DNA of 62,571 nucleotides, filler included. It is 6 parts of 6 records of this genome, joined end to end, with 100 filler letters (N's around TTAATTAATTAA, not from the genome) between each part and the next. Parts side by side here need not be neighbours in the genome. Positions count along the whole stretch, not along the records: positions 1 to 17,666 come from DRR723986_20218; 5 more parts are not named here. One strand, 5' to 3'. Positions 1-9,815 of this stretch are shown piece by piece. How positions within the stretch are numbered: the stretch's first letter is position 1; each line of letters begins with the position of its first letter. The notes beneath the pieces are model-generated. The model did no database searches, had not been told where the DNA came from, and saw only the letters and a list, made by a program, of their open reading frames with translations. A program made the position numbers and the translations under genes.

Positions 1-40
1 ACGCCGGAGGTCGCGGGTTCGAGTCCCGTCCGGTCCGCCA
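1..40 (+). tRNA. tRNA 3' portion (truncated by window start), probably tRNA-Asp
   Basis: GGAGGTCGCGGGTTCGAGTCCCGTCCGGTCCGCCA shows a T-arm (GCGGG-TTCGAGT-CCCGT) and an encoded CCA. It closely matches bacterial tRNA-Asp(GTC) 3' halves, but the anticodon is not in the window. Confidence 0.85.
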
Positions 41-210
41 ACTTTAACACGCTAAAGCCTCTCTTTAGCGCCATGTAAAAGACCTCCTTTCTTCTATACC
101 TATCTTCTTTTTCAAGTTGTAAACTCCGCAATCTGTTGTGTCACAATTCTATGTCGTGTGCCCTTTGTGTCGCCGATTTAGCGCTATATTACTGCTAGTG
201 AAGATTTGTT

Positions 211-1569
211 GTGGAGAGTTCTGTGTCGGCACTTACCGAAGCCATTATGTTTATTCGCGACGGCGAGGTTGTGAAGGAGATGTTCTTCGCCGAGTTCGAA
301 GCGGTGCTGGACGACGTTGTCGGTGTGCCAGATTTTGCCGGCCAGCAATTGCAGGCGGTGTTCGTACAAATCAACACAGAAATGAAAATTACCGGAGCGG
401 TTTTTTTTGTCATCAGCTTTGACAAGCGCGGCCGTATCACCGGAAATTGGAATATCCCGCTTCGCCACTTACTTGATCATGCCAGTTTCGGCCCCGACCT
501 GGGTGGGGGTGTAACGAAAGTTGCTTGTCACAGCGCTTGCCCGGTGTCTTGGTATCGCAATCAACTCTGGGATCCAGTAATGGAAGGGCACCAGACCTTT
601 TCGGCTCTGGTCGCCGCGGTGCAGCGCAACCGCTTGGGTATTGTCAGCGATGCCCTGAGCACCGGGCCCGAGCAAACAACAGTATCGGATTTTTTTCGCC
701 GTCATGTATCACCGCAGCGGGGCGATGCGGAGCCGTCGGTTTCCGCGGCGGCTGACTCGGCTACCCCCATCTTCCATCGTCGCTACCGGGAGCGACTCAA
801 GGCCTTAAAGAGCGCGGAGCAGTTGCGCCTGGCAACAGTGCAGCAAAAGCATCAGTCACGTTTTGAGGCCGCTGAAGAGGAGTTCAGTCGCCAACTTGCG
901 GAAAAAAATGACGAGCTTGCGGCGTTAAAAGAGACGCTATCGGGCGAGGTGGCGCAGCGGCGTCAACTTGAGGCCAGTCTAAATAAGCAGCAACAGCTGC
1001 TCGATGAGCAAAAAACCGAATATGAAGGTTTACTGGAGTCGGCAGGCAGCCAGGGTGCTTATTCCGAAGAATTAGAAAAATTGCGCAAGAGCTATGAGAA
1101 GGAGCTAAAGCTTAAACTGCAGCAGCAGGCGGTGGAATTTGAAGAGCGCTTGAATCGCCGTGAAAATGAGCTCTATCAGCGCTCCACGGAGATTGTGGAG
1201 TTGCGCAGTGAGCTGAGCCGATTGCGAGAGCAGAATCGAGAGCTGTTGCTCAATGACGACAGCAAAATGCTGCAAGATATGGCTGAGAAAGGCGTTGTGT
1301 TTGTTGCCTATCACCCGGGTATTGAGCACCTGGTGATCGACCGAGAAGAAATGCCATCGTATTTGCGCGACCCGCAGTCATTTGCCGCCCACCGCTGCGA
1401 GGTGAGTGTGGAGCGCTATCAGCGTTGGTTGCAGCATTACCGGCTGCCGATTTGTCGCCACCAAAATCCCGCCGGCGAATACTGTGGGCAACCGCTGATT
1501 AAAGTAATGCGCCCCAAGTTATTCCGCGAAGGGGAGAGCGACCGCTGCAAAGATCATCGCGGTGGCTGA
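211..1569 (+). CDS. Conserved hypothetical protein: N-terminal globular domain, long coiled coil, C-terminal Cys/His cluster
   Basis: 452-aa ORF with an E/Q/K/L-rich heptad region and a C-terminal C-x-H...C-G...C-x-x-H. It resembles a gammaproteobacterial family often loosely labelled 'DNA repair' or 'ParA', but has no Walker A. Confidence 0.75.
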   Translation: MESSVSALTEAIMFIRDGEVVKEMFFAEFEAVLDDVVGVPDFAGQQLQAVFVQINTEMKITGAVFFVISFDKRGRITGNWNIPLRHLLDHASFGPDLGGGVTKVACHSACPVSWYRNQLWDPVMEGHQTFSALVAAVQRNRLGIVSDALSTGPEQTTVSDFFRRHVSPQRGDAEPSVSAAADSATPIFHRRYRERLKALKSAEQLRLATVQQKHQSRFEAAEEEFSRQLAEKNDELAALKETLSGEVAQRRQLEASLNKQQQLLDEQKTEYEGLLESAGSQGAYSEELEKLRKSYEKELKLKLQQQAVEFEERLNRRENELYQRSTEIVELRSELSRLREQNRELLLNDDSKMLQDMAEKGVVFVAYHPGIEHLVIDREEMPSYLRDPQSFAAHRCEVSVERYQRWLQHYRLPICRHQNPAGEYCGQPLIKVMRPKLFREGESDRCKDHRGG

Positions 1570-2506
1570 GCCCCTGATTCAACCGCTTGACGCTTATAAC
1601 TCTCCCAAAGTGGATATGCTGCGTCTGGATTGCTTTGATGCGCTGGCCCCTGGGAATAAGTGGTTCAAGCTGCGCGAAAATCTTGCCGTAGCCCGTAAGC
1701 AGGGCGCGCGGTGTCTGGTGAGCCTGGGTGGCGCGTATTCCAATCATTTGCATGCCCTGGCGGCATGGGGGCACCACAATCGCTGGCCGACGGCGGCATT
1801 TATTCGCGCGGATGAGGCTCAAGTGACGCCCTGCATGGCAGACCTTCGGCGCTGGGGCATGCGCCTGGTTCATCTGAGTCGCAGTGACTACCGCCGACGG
1901 CATGATCCCGAATATATCGCCGGTCTCCTGCGCGGCTTTGATCGTCCGTATTTTATTCCCGAGGGCGGTGCCAATGTGCTTGGCGCATCGGGTTGCGCGG
2001 ATATCGCGGCGCTGCTGCCAGACTGTGGTGCTGACTATTCATTGATTGTTACGGCCTGTGGAACGGGCGCAACGCTTGCGGGATTGGCGTCGGCGGTTGC
2101 TGGCTCGACACGTGTATTGGGTATACCCGTTCTCAAGGCCGAGGCCTTTATGGCGCGCGATATTGCGCAAATACTTGACGACTTAGGTTCGCCGCGAAAA
2201 AACTGGCATCTGGACCATCGTTTTGCGGGTAAGGGCTTTGGTCGTGTCAGTGATGAGCTGAGCGAGTTTATTCTGCGCTTTGAAGCACAGCAGCGCGTGC
2301 CCCTTGATCCGGTTTATACCGCAAAGCTTTGCTTTGCCGTCGACGCGATGCATAAGCGCGGTGAGTTAGCGGGGGAGTCCCGGGTGCTGGTTATTCACTC
2401 GGGGGGCTTGCAGGGGAGAAGTGGCCACCCAGCACTCTTTAATCAATCTGTGTTGGGGATTAGCGGCCAATGCTCGGGGACAACGAAGCAGCGCTCTAAC
2501 TTTTGA
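1562..2506 (+). CDS. PLP-dependent ACC deaminase / D-cysteine desulfhydrase family protein
   Basis: GNKWFKL (PLP Lys), GGAYSNH, IPEGG, ACGTGAT, LDPVYTAK and IHSGGLQG motifs. Confidence 0.9.
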   Translation: MAEPLIQPLDAYNSPKVDMLRLDCFDALAPGNKWFKLRENLAVARKQGARCLVSLGGAYSNHLHALAAWGHHNRWPTAAFIRADEAQVTPCMADLRRWGMRLVHLSRSDYRRRHDPEYIAGLLRGFDRPYFIPEGGANVLGASGCADIAALLPDCGADYSLIVTACGTGATLAGLASAVAGSTRVLGIPVLKAEAFMARDIAQILDDLGSPRKNWHLDHRFAGKGFGRVSDELSEFILRFEAQQRVPLDPVYTAKLCFAVDAMHKRGELAGESRVLVIHSGGLQGRSGHPALFNQSVLGISGQCSGTTKQRSNF

Positions 2507-3336
2507 TTTATCAACATTTGCGGGCGCTTGGTCGCCAGCGCGAGCGCTTTCTCGATGCCCTGGGTTTGCTGGTAGTCTGCCGATAGCCAGTGAGGCTTTT
2601 CTAATAGGCGCCATGTTGCCTGCTCTTTTTCGGTTTTCTGCGTGGTGAATTGCTGAACCGAAAACCACGTTCCCTTGGGGTGGTCGTTATTGAGACAGGC
2701 GCTTGTAGCGCGTTTCCCTTGTGGATAAAACAGGACGCCAGCCACCCTCAGTTGCGCTTTGCAGTGCTCGATACCGACATTTGACATGGCTAACGCCCCC
2801 TCCGGGCTGTTAGCTAGCGGTAGCTGGTGAGTTTGCAGTCTCTCGAGCTTGCGGTCGAGGCGATCTGCGCTATTGGGCCCCAGCCACGCCGATAGCGGAA
2901 TGTCACCCGGGCGCGTGGCGAGAAAGAACTTAACCGCCAGCTCCAGGTGGAAGCTCTGCTGCAGAGTGTGGTCGTGATAGAGGATATCGAACTCGCCCAG
3001 GGTTCGGCCGCGGGCATTTCGGACGGGTAAGTTGTGAGCGATCAGTTCGGTGCTGCGATCCTGTTCGAGAAAAAAGTGCCACAAGGACTCGAAGACTAGC
3101 CCTAAGCGTGGGCTCTTGCAGCGCTCTTGTAGGTGTTTTCGCAGTGGTTGGTCGTCGTTGTCCAGCGACTGCAGCCATGCCATTCGCTCGGGGGTGAGCA
3201 CAAGCGCTGGGTGGTCGCCGATGTTGACCAGCGGCGCTGAAAAACAAGCCCATGCCAGGGCGCGAGTATAGGGCGAGACGAAGTGCTGTAGGTCTAATGG
3301 CTTGATAGATCGGTATCCTGGTTTGCTCAGACGCAC
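2443..3336 (-). CDS. DUF1853 family protein
   Basis: RLGLVFESLW, TLGEFD, HLELAVKFFL and WLGPN...DRLDRK motifs. It is divergent from nadK, as is common. Start uncertain. Confidence 0.8.
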   Translation of the reverse strand: MRLSKPGYRSIKPLDLQHFVSPYTRALAWACFSAPLVNIGDHPALVLTPERMAWLQSLDNDDQPLRKHLQERCKSPRLGLVFESLWHFFLEQDRSTELIAHNLPVRNARGRTLGEFDILYHDHTLQQSFHLELAVKFFLATRPGDIPLSAWLGPNSADRLDRKLERLQTHQLPLANSPEGALAMSNVGIEHCKAQLRVAGVLFYPQGKRATSACLNNDHPKGTWFSVQQFTTQKTEKEQATWRLLEKPHWLSADYQQTQGIEKALALATKRPQMLINQKLERCFVVPEHWPLIPNTD

Positions 3337-3402
3337 ACAAGGTTTGCATTGTATTCACGTGGGCTGGTTATAATGGCGGCCCCGCGCATGGCAGCAGTAA
3401 TT

Positions 3403-4296
3403 ATGGAACAGTTCCGCAATATAGGGGTCATCGGCCGAGAAGGCAACGGTGTCGCCGTCACGCTTAAACGCCTGTTGGACTATCTCCAGCAGAGAGAGCT
3501 CAGCGCCGTACTCGACGAGCAAATCGCCGGTTTAATGTCTGGTCATGGCCTCCGGGTTTGCAGTCGCCGGATGATCGGTGAAATTTGCGACTTGATCATT
3601 GTGGTGGGCGGCGACGGTAGCTTGTTGGGCGCCGCGCGGACCTTGGCGCGACACAATGCCCCGGTGCTTGGCGTGAACCGCGGCCGCTTGGGGTTTCTCA
3701 CCGACATTTCACCCGATGAAATAGAGAGCCAAGTTGGCGCGGTATTGGATGGCCATTACCGCCTGGAAAAGCGCTTCCTGTTGGACGTGGAACTGATGCG
3801 CGGTGGTGAGCGCGTAGGTAAAGGCGACGCCCTCAACGATGTGGTGCTCAACTCGGGCACCAGCGGCCATATGATGGAGTTCGAGCTATTTGTCGACGGC
3901 GAGTTTGTCTACCGCCAGCGATCCGATGGTTTAATTATCTCAACACCCACGGGTTCTACCGCGTACTCGCTGTCTGCCGGCGGCCCCATTATGCACCCGC
4001 GTTTGGATGCTATCGTCATCGTGCCAATGTTCCCGCACACCCTGAGCAGTCGCCCTATCGTCATTGATGGCAAAAGCGAAATAAGCATGGTGGTGTGCGA
4101 CTGCAACACCGCGCAGCCACCGGTGACGTGCGACGGCCAGTTGCGCATGACCAGCCAGCCGGGCGATGTGATTACGGTGCGTAAAAAGCCGCACCGTATG
4201 AAGCTCATCCACCCCCTTGATCACAGCTTTTATGCCAGTTGTCGCGATAAATTGGGCTGGGGGGCGCATCTGCCTGCCGGGGATGACGATGACTGA
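3403..4296 (+). CDS. nadK: NAD(+) kinase
   Basis: GGDGS, GVNRGRLGFL, LND and DGLIISTPTGSTAYSLSAGGP motifs. Start set at MEQFRNIG. Confidence 0.97.
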   Translation: MEQFRNIGVIGREGNGVAVTLKRLLDYLQQRELSAVLDEQIAGLMSGHGLRVCSRRMIGEICDLIIVVGGDGSLLGAARTLARHNAPVLGVNRGRLGFLTDISPDEIESQVGAVLDGHYRLEKRFLLDVELMRGGERVGKGDALNDVVLNSGTSGHMMEFELFVDGEFVYRQRSDGLIISTPTGSTAYSLSAGGPIMHPRLDAIVIVPMFPHTLSSRPIVIDGKSEISMVVCDCNTAQPPVTCDGQLRMTSQPGDVITVRKKPHRMKLIHPLDHSFYASCRDKLGWGAHLPAGDDDD

Positions 4297-5131
4297 GTAC
4301 TATATCGCGCTACGCCTTCCTCTCGATGAGAATTTAGCCGACTTTTCTGCTTTGCTGTGGCAACAGGGTGTTGCTCACCACATTGCTGAAGAGGGAGGGA
4401 GTCAAATTCTTCGCGTCGGTGATGAGGAACAGGTTGCCGTTGTGGCAGAGCTCTACCAAAAGTTGCGCAGTGGCGAGCTGCACATTACTCGCCACTCAGT
4501 GGCAGCGCCTCAGCCAGTGCAGTCGCGCTCACTTCGCCAGCGGCCTGCGGTGGCGGTGTTGTTGTTACTCAGTATTCTGGGGGCGCTGTTACCGGTTGTG
4601 GATAGCAGCTTTCGTGCGGTGTCTTCGCTGAGCTTTTACCCCTTGGATCTCGGCGCGGGTAAGATTGTCGCCGACTGGCCAGTTGGGCAGTGGTGGCGGC
4701 TGTTAACCCCGATGTTTCTTCATTTCGGCCTGCTGCATATTGCTTTTAATGGCCTGTGGTTATGGGAATTGGGCGGGATGATTGAGCAGCGGCAGGGCAG
4801 TGTGACGCTGCTGGCGATAGTGATACTTATTGCAGCGGCTTCAAACATGGCGCAGGCGATGATGTCGGTGTCGCTATTTGGCGGTATGTCGGGCGTTATC
4901 TACGGCTTGCTTGGCTATATCATTGTTTGGAATCGACTGCGGCCAGCCGAGTCACTGCCACTGGTAAAGGGCGTTGCCGTGGTCATGCTGGTGTGGCTTG
5001 TGGTGTGTATGGCAGGCTTTACCCGCCTGCTCGGGCTGGGGGAGATCGCCAACACTGCTCACTTTTCCGGCCTGATTATGGGCGTATTGCTCGGCATTGG
5101 CGCATCGTTTTTGCGGCGCAAAAGCGTATAA
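4289..5131 (+). CDS. Rhomboid family intramembrane serine protease (GlpG-like)
   Basis: WRLLTPMFLHFGLLHIAFN, GMSG catalytic Ser motif and AHFSG His, with several TM helices. The ATG overlaps the end of nadK. Confidence 0.92.
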   Translation: MTEYYIALRLPLDENLADFSALLWQQGVAHHIAEEGGSQILRVGDEEQVAVVAELYQKLRSGELHITRHSVAAPQPVQSRSLRQRPAVAVLLLLSILGALLPVVDSSFRAVSSLSFYPLDLGAGKIVADWPVGQWWRLLTPMFLHFGLLHIAFNGLWLWELGGMIEQRQGSVTLLAIVILIAAASNMAQAMMSVSLFGGMSGVIYGLLGYIIVWNRLRPAESLPLVKGVAVVMLVWLVVCMAGFTRLLGLGEIANTAHFSGLIMGVLLGIGASFLRRKSV

Positions 5132-5148
5132 GCCAGCACTACTCACTC

Positions 5149-5157
5149 TGTTATAAT
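5149..5157 (+). promoter_or_regulatory. Extended -10 sigma70 promoter element (TGnTATAAT)
   Basis: TGTTATAAT in the short intergenic region about 35 nt upstream of the yeaC-like ATG. Confidence 0.5.
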
Positions 5158-5191
5158 TCTCGTCTTTCACGAGCGGCCTGTGGAGGGCGCT

Positions 5192-5464
5192 ATGGATTTT
5201 GAAAAACTCATCGATAACTTGGATCCGGCAATTTATGCCTCGCTTAAGCGCGCGCTGGAAATTGGCAAATGGCCGGATGGCCGCGTGTTAACCGACGAGC
5301 AGCGAGCGCATTGTATGGATGCGGTTATCGCCTACGACCACCGCCGCAAGCCCGAAGAGCAGCGGGTGGGGTACATTGATAAAGGCAGTAAATCCGAGGG
5401 GGATAGCTGCGACGGACACGGCGATAACGGCGCTGAAAAGCCGATAAAGTGGGCCGACTCCTGA
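5192..5464 (+). CDS. yeaC: YeaC / DUF1315 family protein
   Basis: IYASLKRALEIGKWPDGRVLT.EQR motif, with a GGAGG RBS upstream of ATG 5192. Confidence 0.85.
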   Translation: MDFEKLIDNLDPAIYASLKRALEIGKWPDGRVLTDEQRAHCMDAVIAYDHRRKPEEQRVGYIDKGSKSEGDSCDGHGDNGAEKPIKWADS

Positions 5465-6306
5465 TGGCTTTATCGAATGTAGCCGGGGCCGCATCGAAAA
5501 TGCGTACCGCTCTGGAAGATAACGAAGCCCAGTACACGCTGACGCTGGGGCAGCAGTCGGTGCCAATGAATCCGCTGATTGGCAGTCGTGTGACGCTGGC
5601 CTACCAACAGCAAATTCACTGTGTGCACTGCGGTCGCTTGTCTAAGAAAAGTTTCAGTCAGGGGTACTGCTATCCCTGTTTTCAGCGACTGGCGCAGTGC
5701 GACAGCTGTATTGTCAGCCCCGAAAAGTGCCACTATTTTGAAGGCAGTTGCCGAGAGCCTGAGTGGGGCGAGGCACACTGCATGATCGACCATATCGTGT
5801 ACTTGGCGAATTCGTCGGGGGTGAAGGTGGGAATCACCCGTGGTACTCAGCTACCGACGCGCTGGATCGATCAAGGTGCAGTGGCGGCGCTGCCGATTTT
5901 TCGGGTGAGCAATCGATTGCAGTCCGGCCTGGTCGAAAGCGCTTACAAGGCGCATGTGGCCGATAAAACCAGCTGGCAGGCGATGCTGAAGGGCACCCCT
6001 CCTGAACAGGATCTGTACGCGCGCCGCGACCAGCTCGCGGAAGTCTGTGGCGACGAGATCGACGCACTGCAGAAGCGCTTCGGTCTGCAGGCTATCCAAA
6101 CTATCGATGATGCGGACGTTCAGCATATTCGCTATCCCGTGGTGGAATATCCCACCAAGGTGAAGTCATTTAATCTCGACAAAGTCCCCCTTGCAGAAGG
6201 CACCTTAATGGGAATTAAAGGTCAGTATCTGATCTTTGATACCGGTGTGATTAATATTCGTAAATACGGCGGTTACCAGCTGGAGTTGAGCAGTCCGGCT
6301 CTGTAG
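5464..6306 (+). CDS. DUF2797 domain protein
   Basis: CVHCG...QGYCYPC...CDSC, HIVYLANSSGVKVGITR, RWIDQGA and GIKGQYL motifs. Coupled to yeaC by a TGATG overlap. Confidence 0.88.
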   Translation: MALSNVAGAASKMRTALEDNEAQYTLTLGQQSVPMNPLIGSRVTLAYQQQIHCVHCGRLSKKSFSQGYCYPCFQRLAQCDSCIVSPEKCHYFEGSCREPEWGEAHCMIDHIVYLANSSGVKVGITRGTQLPTRWIDQGAVAALPIFRVSNRLQSGLVESAYKAHVADKTSWQAMLKGTPPEQDLYARRDQLAEVCGDEIDALQKRFGLQAIQTIDDADVQHIRYPVVEYPTKVKSFNLDKVPLAEGTLMGIKGQYLIFDTGVINIRKYGGYQLELSSPAL

Positions 6307-6331
6307 ATCATCCGCCTTTGAGGAGAGCAGT

Positions 6332-8983
6332 ATGCGCGACGCGCAGCCCAGTACGATTTACCTGAAAGACTATCGCGTTCCCGACTATTTGATCGACAAA
6401 ACGTCCCTCAGTTTTCATCTGGGTGAACGCTCTACCGAGGTAACATCGCGCCTGACAATGCGGCGCAACCCCGCCGCGCAGACGGCTTCGCAGAGCCTGG
6501 AGTTGCACGGTGCTGAGCTGGAGTTATTGTCGCTGGCGATTAATGGGGATGTTTTACCCGAGGGCGACTGGGAGCAACAGGGCGAGCTGCTTTGTATCCA
6601 TCGTGTGCCCGAGGCCTTTGAGCTGGAGTGCAAAACGCGAATATATCCCCAAAAAAATACCTCGCTGGAGGGGCTGTATAAATCCAGCGGTATGTTTTGC
6701 ACACAGTGTGAGGCAGAGGGCTTTCGCAAAATTACCTATTATCTGGATCGACCCGATGTGATGTCGGTGTTCGATGTAGAAATTATTGCTGACGCGGATG
6801 CCTACCCCGTGCTGCTGTCCAACGGCAACTGCACCGCTACCGAAACACTCGACAACGGCCTTCACCGCAGTGTGTGGCACGACCCGTTTCCGAAACCCGC
6901 CTATTTATTTGCCCTGGTGGCTGGAAAGCTGTCGCGTATCAGCGACAGTTTCACCACCATGAGTGGTCGTGATGTTGCCCTGCACATTTATGTAGAAGAG
7001 AAAGACCTCGATAAGTGCGATCACGCCATGCAGTCGCTGAAAAATGCGATGCGTTGGGACGAGGAGGTCTATGGCCGGGAGTACGATCTCGAGCTGTTTA
7101 ATATCGTCGCCGTCGATGACTTCAATATGGGCGCGATGGAAAACAAGAGCCTGAATATCTTCAACACTTCCTGCGTGTTGGCAAAGCCGGAAACGACGAC
7201 CGACGCAGGCTTTCAGCGTGTGGAAGGGGTTGTTGCCCACGAGTATTTCCACAATTGGTCTGGGAATCGCGTGACGTGCCGGGATTGGTTTCAGCTTAGT
7301 TTGAAGGAAGGCTTCACCGTTTTCCGGGATGCAGAATTTTCCGCTGACATGGGATCGCCGACCGTAAAACGCGTCGAAGACGTTACGCTGCTGCGTACCG
7401 CCCAGTTTGCCGAGGATGCGGGCCCGATGGCCCACCCCGTGCGCCCCGACTCCTTTATTGAAATCTCCAATTTCTACACGGTCACCGTCTACGAGAAGGG
7501 TGCCGAAGTCGTTCGCATGATTCATACCTTGCTGGGACCTGAGCGCTTCCGCGCGGGTAGTGATTTGTATTTTGCGCGCCACGACGGCCAGGCGGTTACC
7601 TGCGAAGACTTTGTTAAGGCAATGGAAGATGCCAGTGGCGTGGACCTAAGCCAATTCCGCCTTTGGTATTCCCAGGCGGGTACTCCCCAGCTTTCAGTGC
7701 AGGGCGACTATGATGCGCAGGCCCAACGCTACACGCTCAGCGTTACGCAGTCCTGCCCTGCCACGCCCGGGCAGGCGGAAAAGGCGCCTTTTCATATCCC
7801 TCTTAAAGTGGCCTTACTCGGCGAAGCGGGGCAGCTTCCTCTGCAGCTTAAGGGGCAGCCACAAGATACTGAGACGGCGGACAACACCGAGATGGTGCTC
7901 GATGTTACCGAGGCCAAACAGCAGTTTGTCTTTGAGAATGTCATCGAGTCGCCGGTTGCCAGTTTATTGCGCGGTTTCTCGGCGCCAGTGAAGTTAAGCA
8001 TGAATTATCAGCGTGCTGACCTGTTGCGTATCATGCAGAGCGACAGCGATGGTTTTTGTCGTTGGGACGCCAGCCAGCAGCTCGGGTTGGCGGAAATTCG
8101 CAATGCCCTTGCGGCGCAAGCTGCTGGAGAGGCCGCTGAGGTTGCGCAAGATTACCTGGATGCCTGCCAGCAACTTTTAGAGGACGCACAGCTCGACCCC
8201 GCAATGGTAGCGCTGATGTTGCAGTTGCCCTCGGAAGCGTACTTGGCAGAGTTGATTTCGCCGGTCGATGTGCATGCTATCCACCAGGCCCGTGAAGCCT
8301 TGCGCAAGGGTATTGCTACCGCGCTTGTTGAACCGCTGCAGGCGGCCTATCGCCGTTGTGCAAGTGATGAGGCCTATCGACCAAGTGCTGAGCAAATTGC
8401 TCGCCGAAGCCTGAAAAATGCAGCGCTGTCCTATTTGATGTATACCTCGCATGGGCCAGAAATGGCGCGCGAGCAATTTGAAACCAGTCGTAATATGACC
8501 GACCGAAGTGCGGCATTAAATGCGATTGTAAACAGCGATATGCCCTACAAGTCAGACGCCTTGCAGCGCTTTTATCAAGACTGGCAGCACGAGCCCTTGG
8601 TGATTAATCAGTGGTTCCAGGTACAGGCGATGTGCCGCCTGCCCGGCACCCTTGAGCGGGTAGTCGAATTGATGTCACACCCCGCCTACGATGCCGCCAA
8701 TCCCAATAAAGTGCGGGCATTGGTGGGGGCGTTCTGTGGTCAAAATGCGGTGAATTTCCACAGCGAAGATGGCGCAGGCTATGCCTTTCTCGCCGACAGA
8801 GTCATCGAGCTCAATCAACGTAACCCACAGATCGCCTCGCGGTTATTGGGGCCACTGAGCAAGTGGCGGAAATATACGCCTGAGGTACAACAACGTATGA
8901 GGGGCCAGCTGGAGCGTATTCTGGCGGAGCCGGAACTGAGCAGCGATGTCTATGAGGTTGTGTCTAAAAGCCTGAAAGACTAG
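6332..8983 (+). CDS. pepN: Aminopeptidase N (M1 family)
   Basis: GAMENK, HEYFH...E (HEXXH-X18-E), YEKGAEV and C-terminal NPNKVRAL motifs. Confidence 0.98.
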   Translation: MRDAQPSTIYLKDYRVPDYLIDKTSLSFHLGERSTEVTSRLTMRRNPAAQTASQSLELHGAELELLSLAINGDVLPEGDWEQQGELLCIHRVPEAFELECKTRIYPQKNTSLEGLYKSSGMFCTQCEAEGFRKITYYLDRPDVMSVFDVEIIADADAYPVLLSNGNCTATETLDNGLHRSVWHDPFPKPAYLFALVAGKLSRISDSFTTMSGRDVALHIYVEEKDLDKCDHAMQSLKNAMRWDEEVYGREYDLELFNIVAVDDFNMGAMENKSLNIFNTSCVLAKPETTTDAGFQRVEGVVAHEYFHNWSGNRVTCRDWFQLSLKEGFTVFRDAEFSADMGSPTVKRVEDVTLLRTAQFAEDAGPMAHPVRPDSFIEISNFYTVTVYEKGAEVVRMIHTLLGPERFRAGSDLYFARHDGQAVTCEDFVKAMEDASGVDLSQFRLWYSQAGTPQLSVQGDYDAQAQRYTLSVTQSCPATPGQAEKAPFHIPLKVALLGEAGQLPLQLKGQPQDTETADNTEMVLDVTEAKQQFVFENVIESPVASLLRGFSAPVKLSMNYQRADLLRIMQSDSDGFCRWDASQQLGLAEIRNALAAQAAGEAAEVAQDYLDACQQLLEDAQLDPAMVALMLQLPSEAYLAELISPVDVHAIHQAREALRKGIATALVEPLQAAYRRCASDEAYRPSAEQIARRSLKNAALSYLMYTSHGPEMAREQFETSRNMTDRSAALNAIVNSDMPYKSDALQRFYQDWQHEPLVINQWFQVQAMCRLPGTLERVVELMSHPAYDAANPNKVRALVGAFCGQNAVNFHSEDGAGYAFLADRVIELNQRNPQIASRLLGPLSKWRKYTPEVQQRMRGQLERILAEPELSSDVYEVVSKSLKD

Positions 8984-9002
8984 TGCGCTATAAAAATTGA
9001 TT

Positions 9003-9033
9003 TTGTTATAACAATATTCGCATTTGTTATAAC
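9003..9033. promoter_or_regulatory. Putative transcription-factor site upstream of cysH (TTGTTATAAC x2)
   Basis: Perfect palindrome TTGTTATAACAA at 9003-9014 and a second TTGTTATAAC at 9024-9033 (21-bp period), in an AT-rich intergenic region. Confidence 0.45.
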
Positions 9034-9116
9034 TGACTGATTTTTATAGCTTTTTATTGTTTTTCTGCAATCATGTGGTAAAGTTGCCAACCGTAATATT
9101 GGCAGTGAAGACGATC

Positions 9117-9746
9117 ATGGACATTGATATAGACACATTGAATGCAGAGCTGCGCGACAGGCCCGCGGAAGAGATTATCCGCTGGGCGGTATCGCTGGGG
9201 CAGCCGGCGATGTCGTCTACGAGCTTCTCGCCGAATGCCGCTGTGATGCTGAAGCTGATCACTGATGTGGATCCGAGTATGCCGATTGTGTGGGCCGACA
9301 GTGGCTACAACGTGCCGGACACCTACCGCGTGGCGGAAAAATTGATCAAGCTGCTAAAGCCCAACTTGAAGGTGTATATCCCTGAAATGACGGCAGAGCG
9401 TCGCAACGCCTTGATGGGGGGCATTCCACACCCGGACGATAACCCCGAGCTACATCGCGAATTTACGCGACAGGTGAAGCTTGAACCGTTTAATCGTGCT
9501 TTCGAAGAGATTAAACCGAAAATTTGGCTCACCGGAATTCGAAAAGAAGAGACGGCGTTTCGTCAAAGTTTGGACGTTTTGTCCTGGGACGGGCGGGGCA
9601 TCTTGAAAGTGGCGCCAATTTTTTATTGGACAGAAGACGACGTTCAGGCCTATATGGCCGAGCACCAGCTGCCCAGCTGCAAGCATTATTTTGACCCCAC
9701 CAAGGTCGCGGAAAACCGCGAGTGTGGTCTGCATACCTCGGCGTGA
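9117..9746 (+). CDS. cysH: Phosphoadenosine phosphosulfate (PAPS/APS) reductase family protein
   Basis: SSTSF, DSGY, WLTGIR and C-terminal RECGLH motifs. Confidence 0.9.
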   Translation: MDIDIDTLNAELRDRPAEEIIRWAVSLGQPAMSSTSFSPNAAVMLKLITDVDPSMPIVWADSGYNVPDTYRVAEKLIKLLKPNLKVYIPEMTAERRNALMGGIPHPDDNPELHREFTRQVKLEPFNRAFEEIKPKIWLTGIRKEETAFRQSLDVLSWDGRGILKVAPIFYWTEDDVQAYMAEHQLPSCKHYFDPTKVAENRECGLHTSA

Positions 9747-9815
9747 TCGAGGCTCGGGCTTTTTCCCGGCGCCGCATTTCGCTATGCTGGCGCCAAATTT
9801 TATAAGGGCCCCCAC

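Noticed and set aside
1-1569. tRNA 3' end as the attachment site of an integrated element
   Set aside because: No integrase follows, no duplicate of the tRNA 3' end was noticed, and the downstream genes are housekeeping.
2443-2506. 64-bp convergent overlap of the PLP enzyme and DUF1853 genes
   Set aside because: It is explained by a non-conserved-looking C-terminal extension after the IHSGGLQG motif; there is no sign of function.
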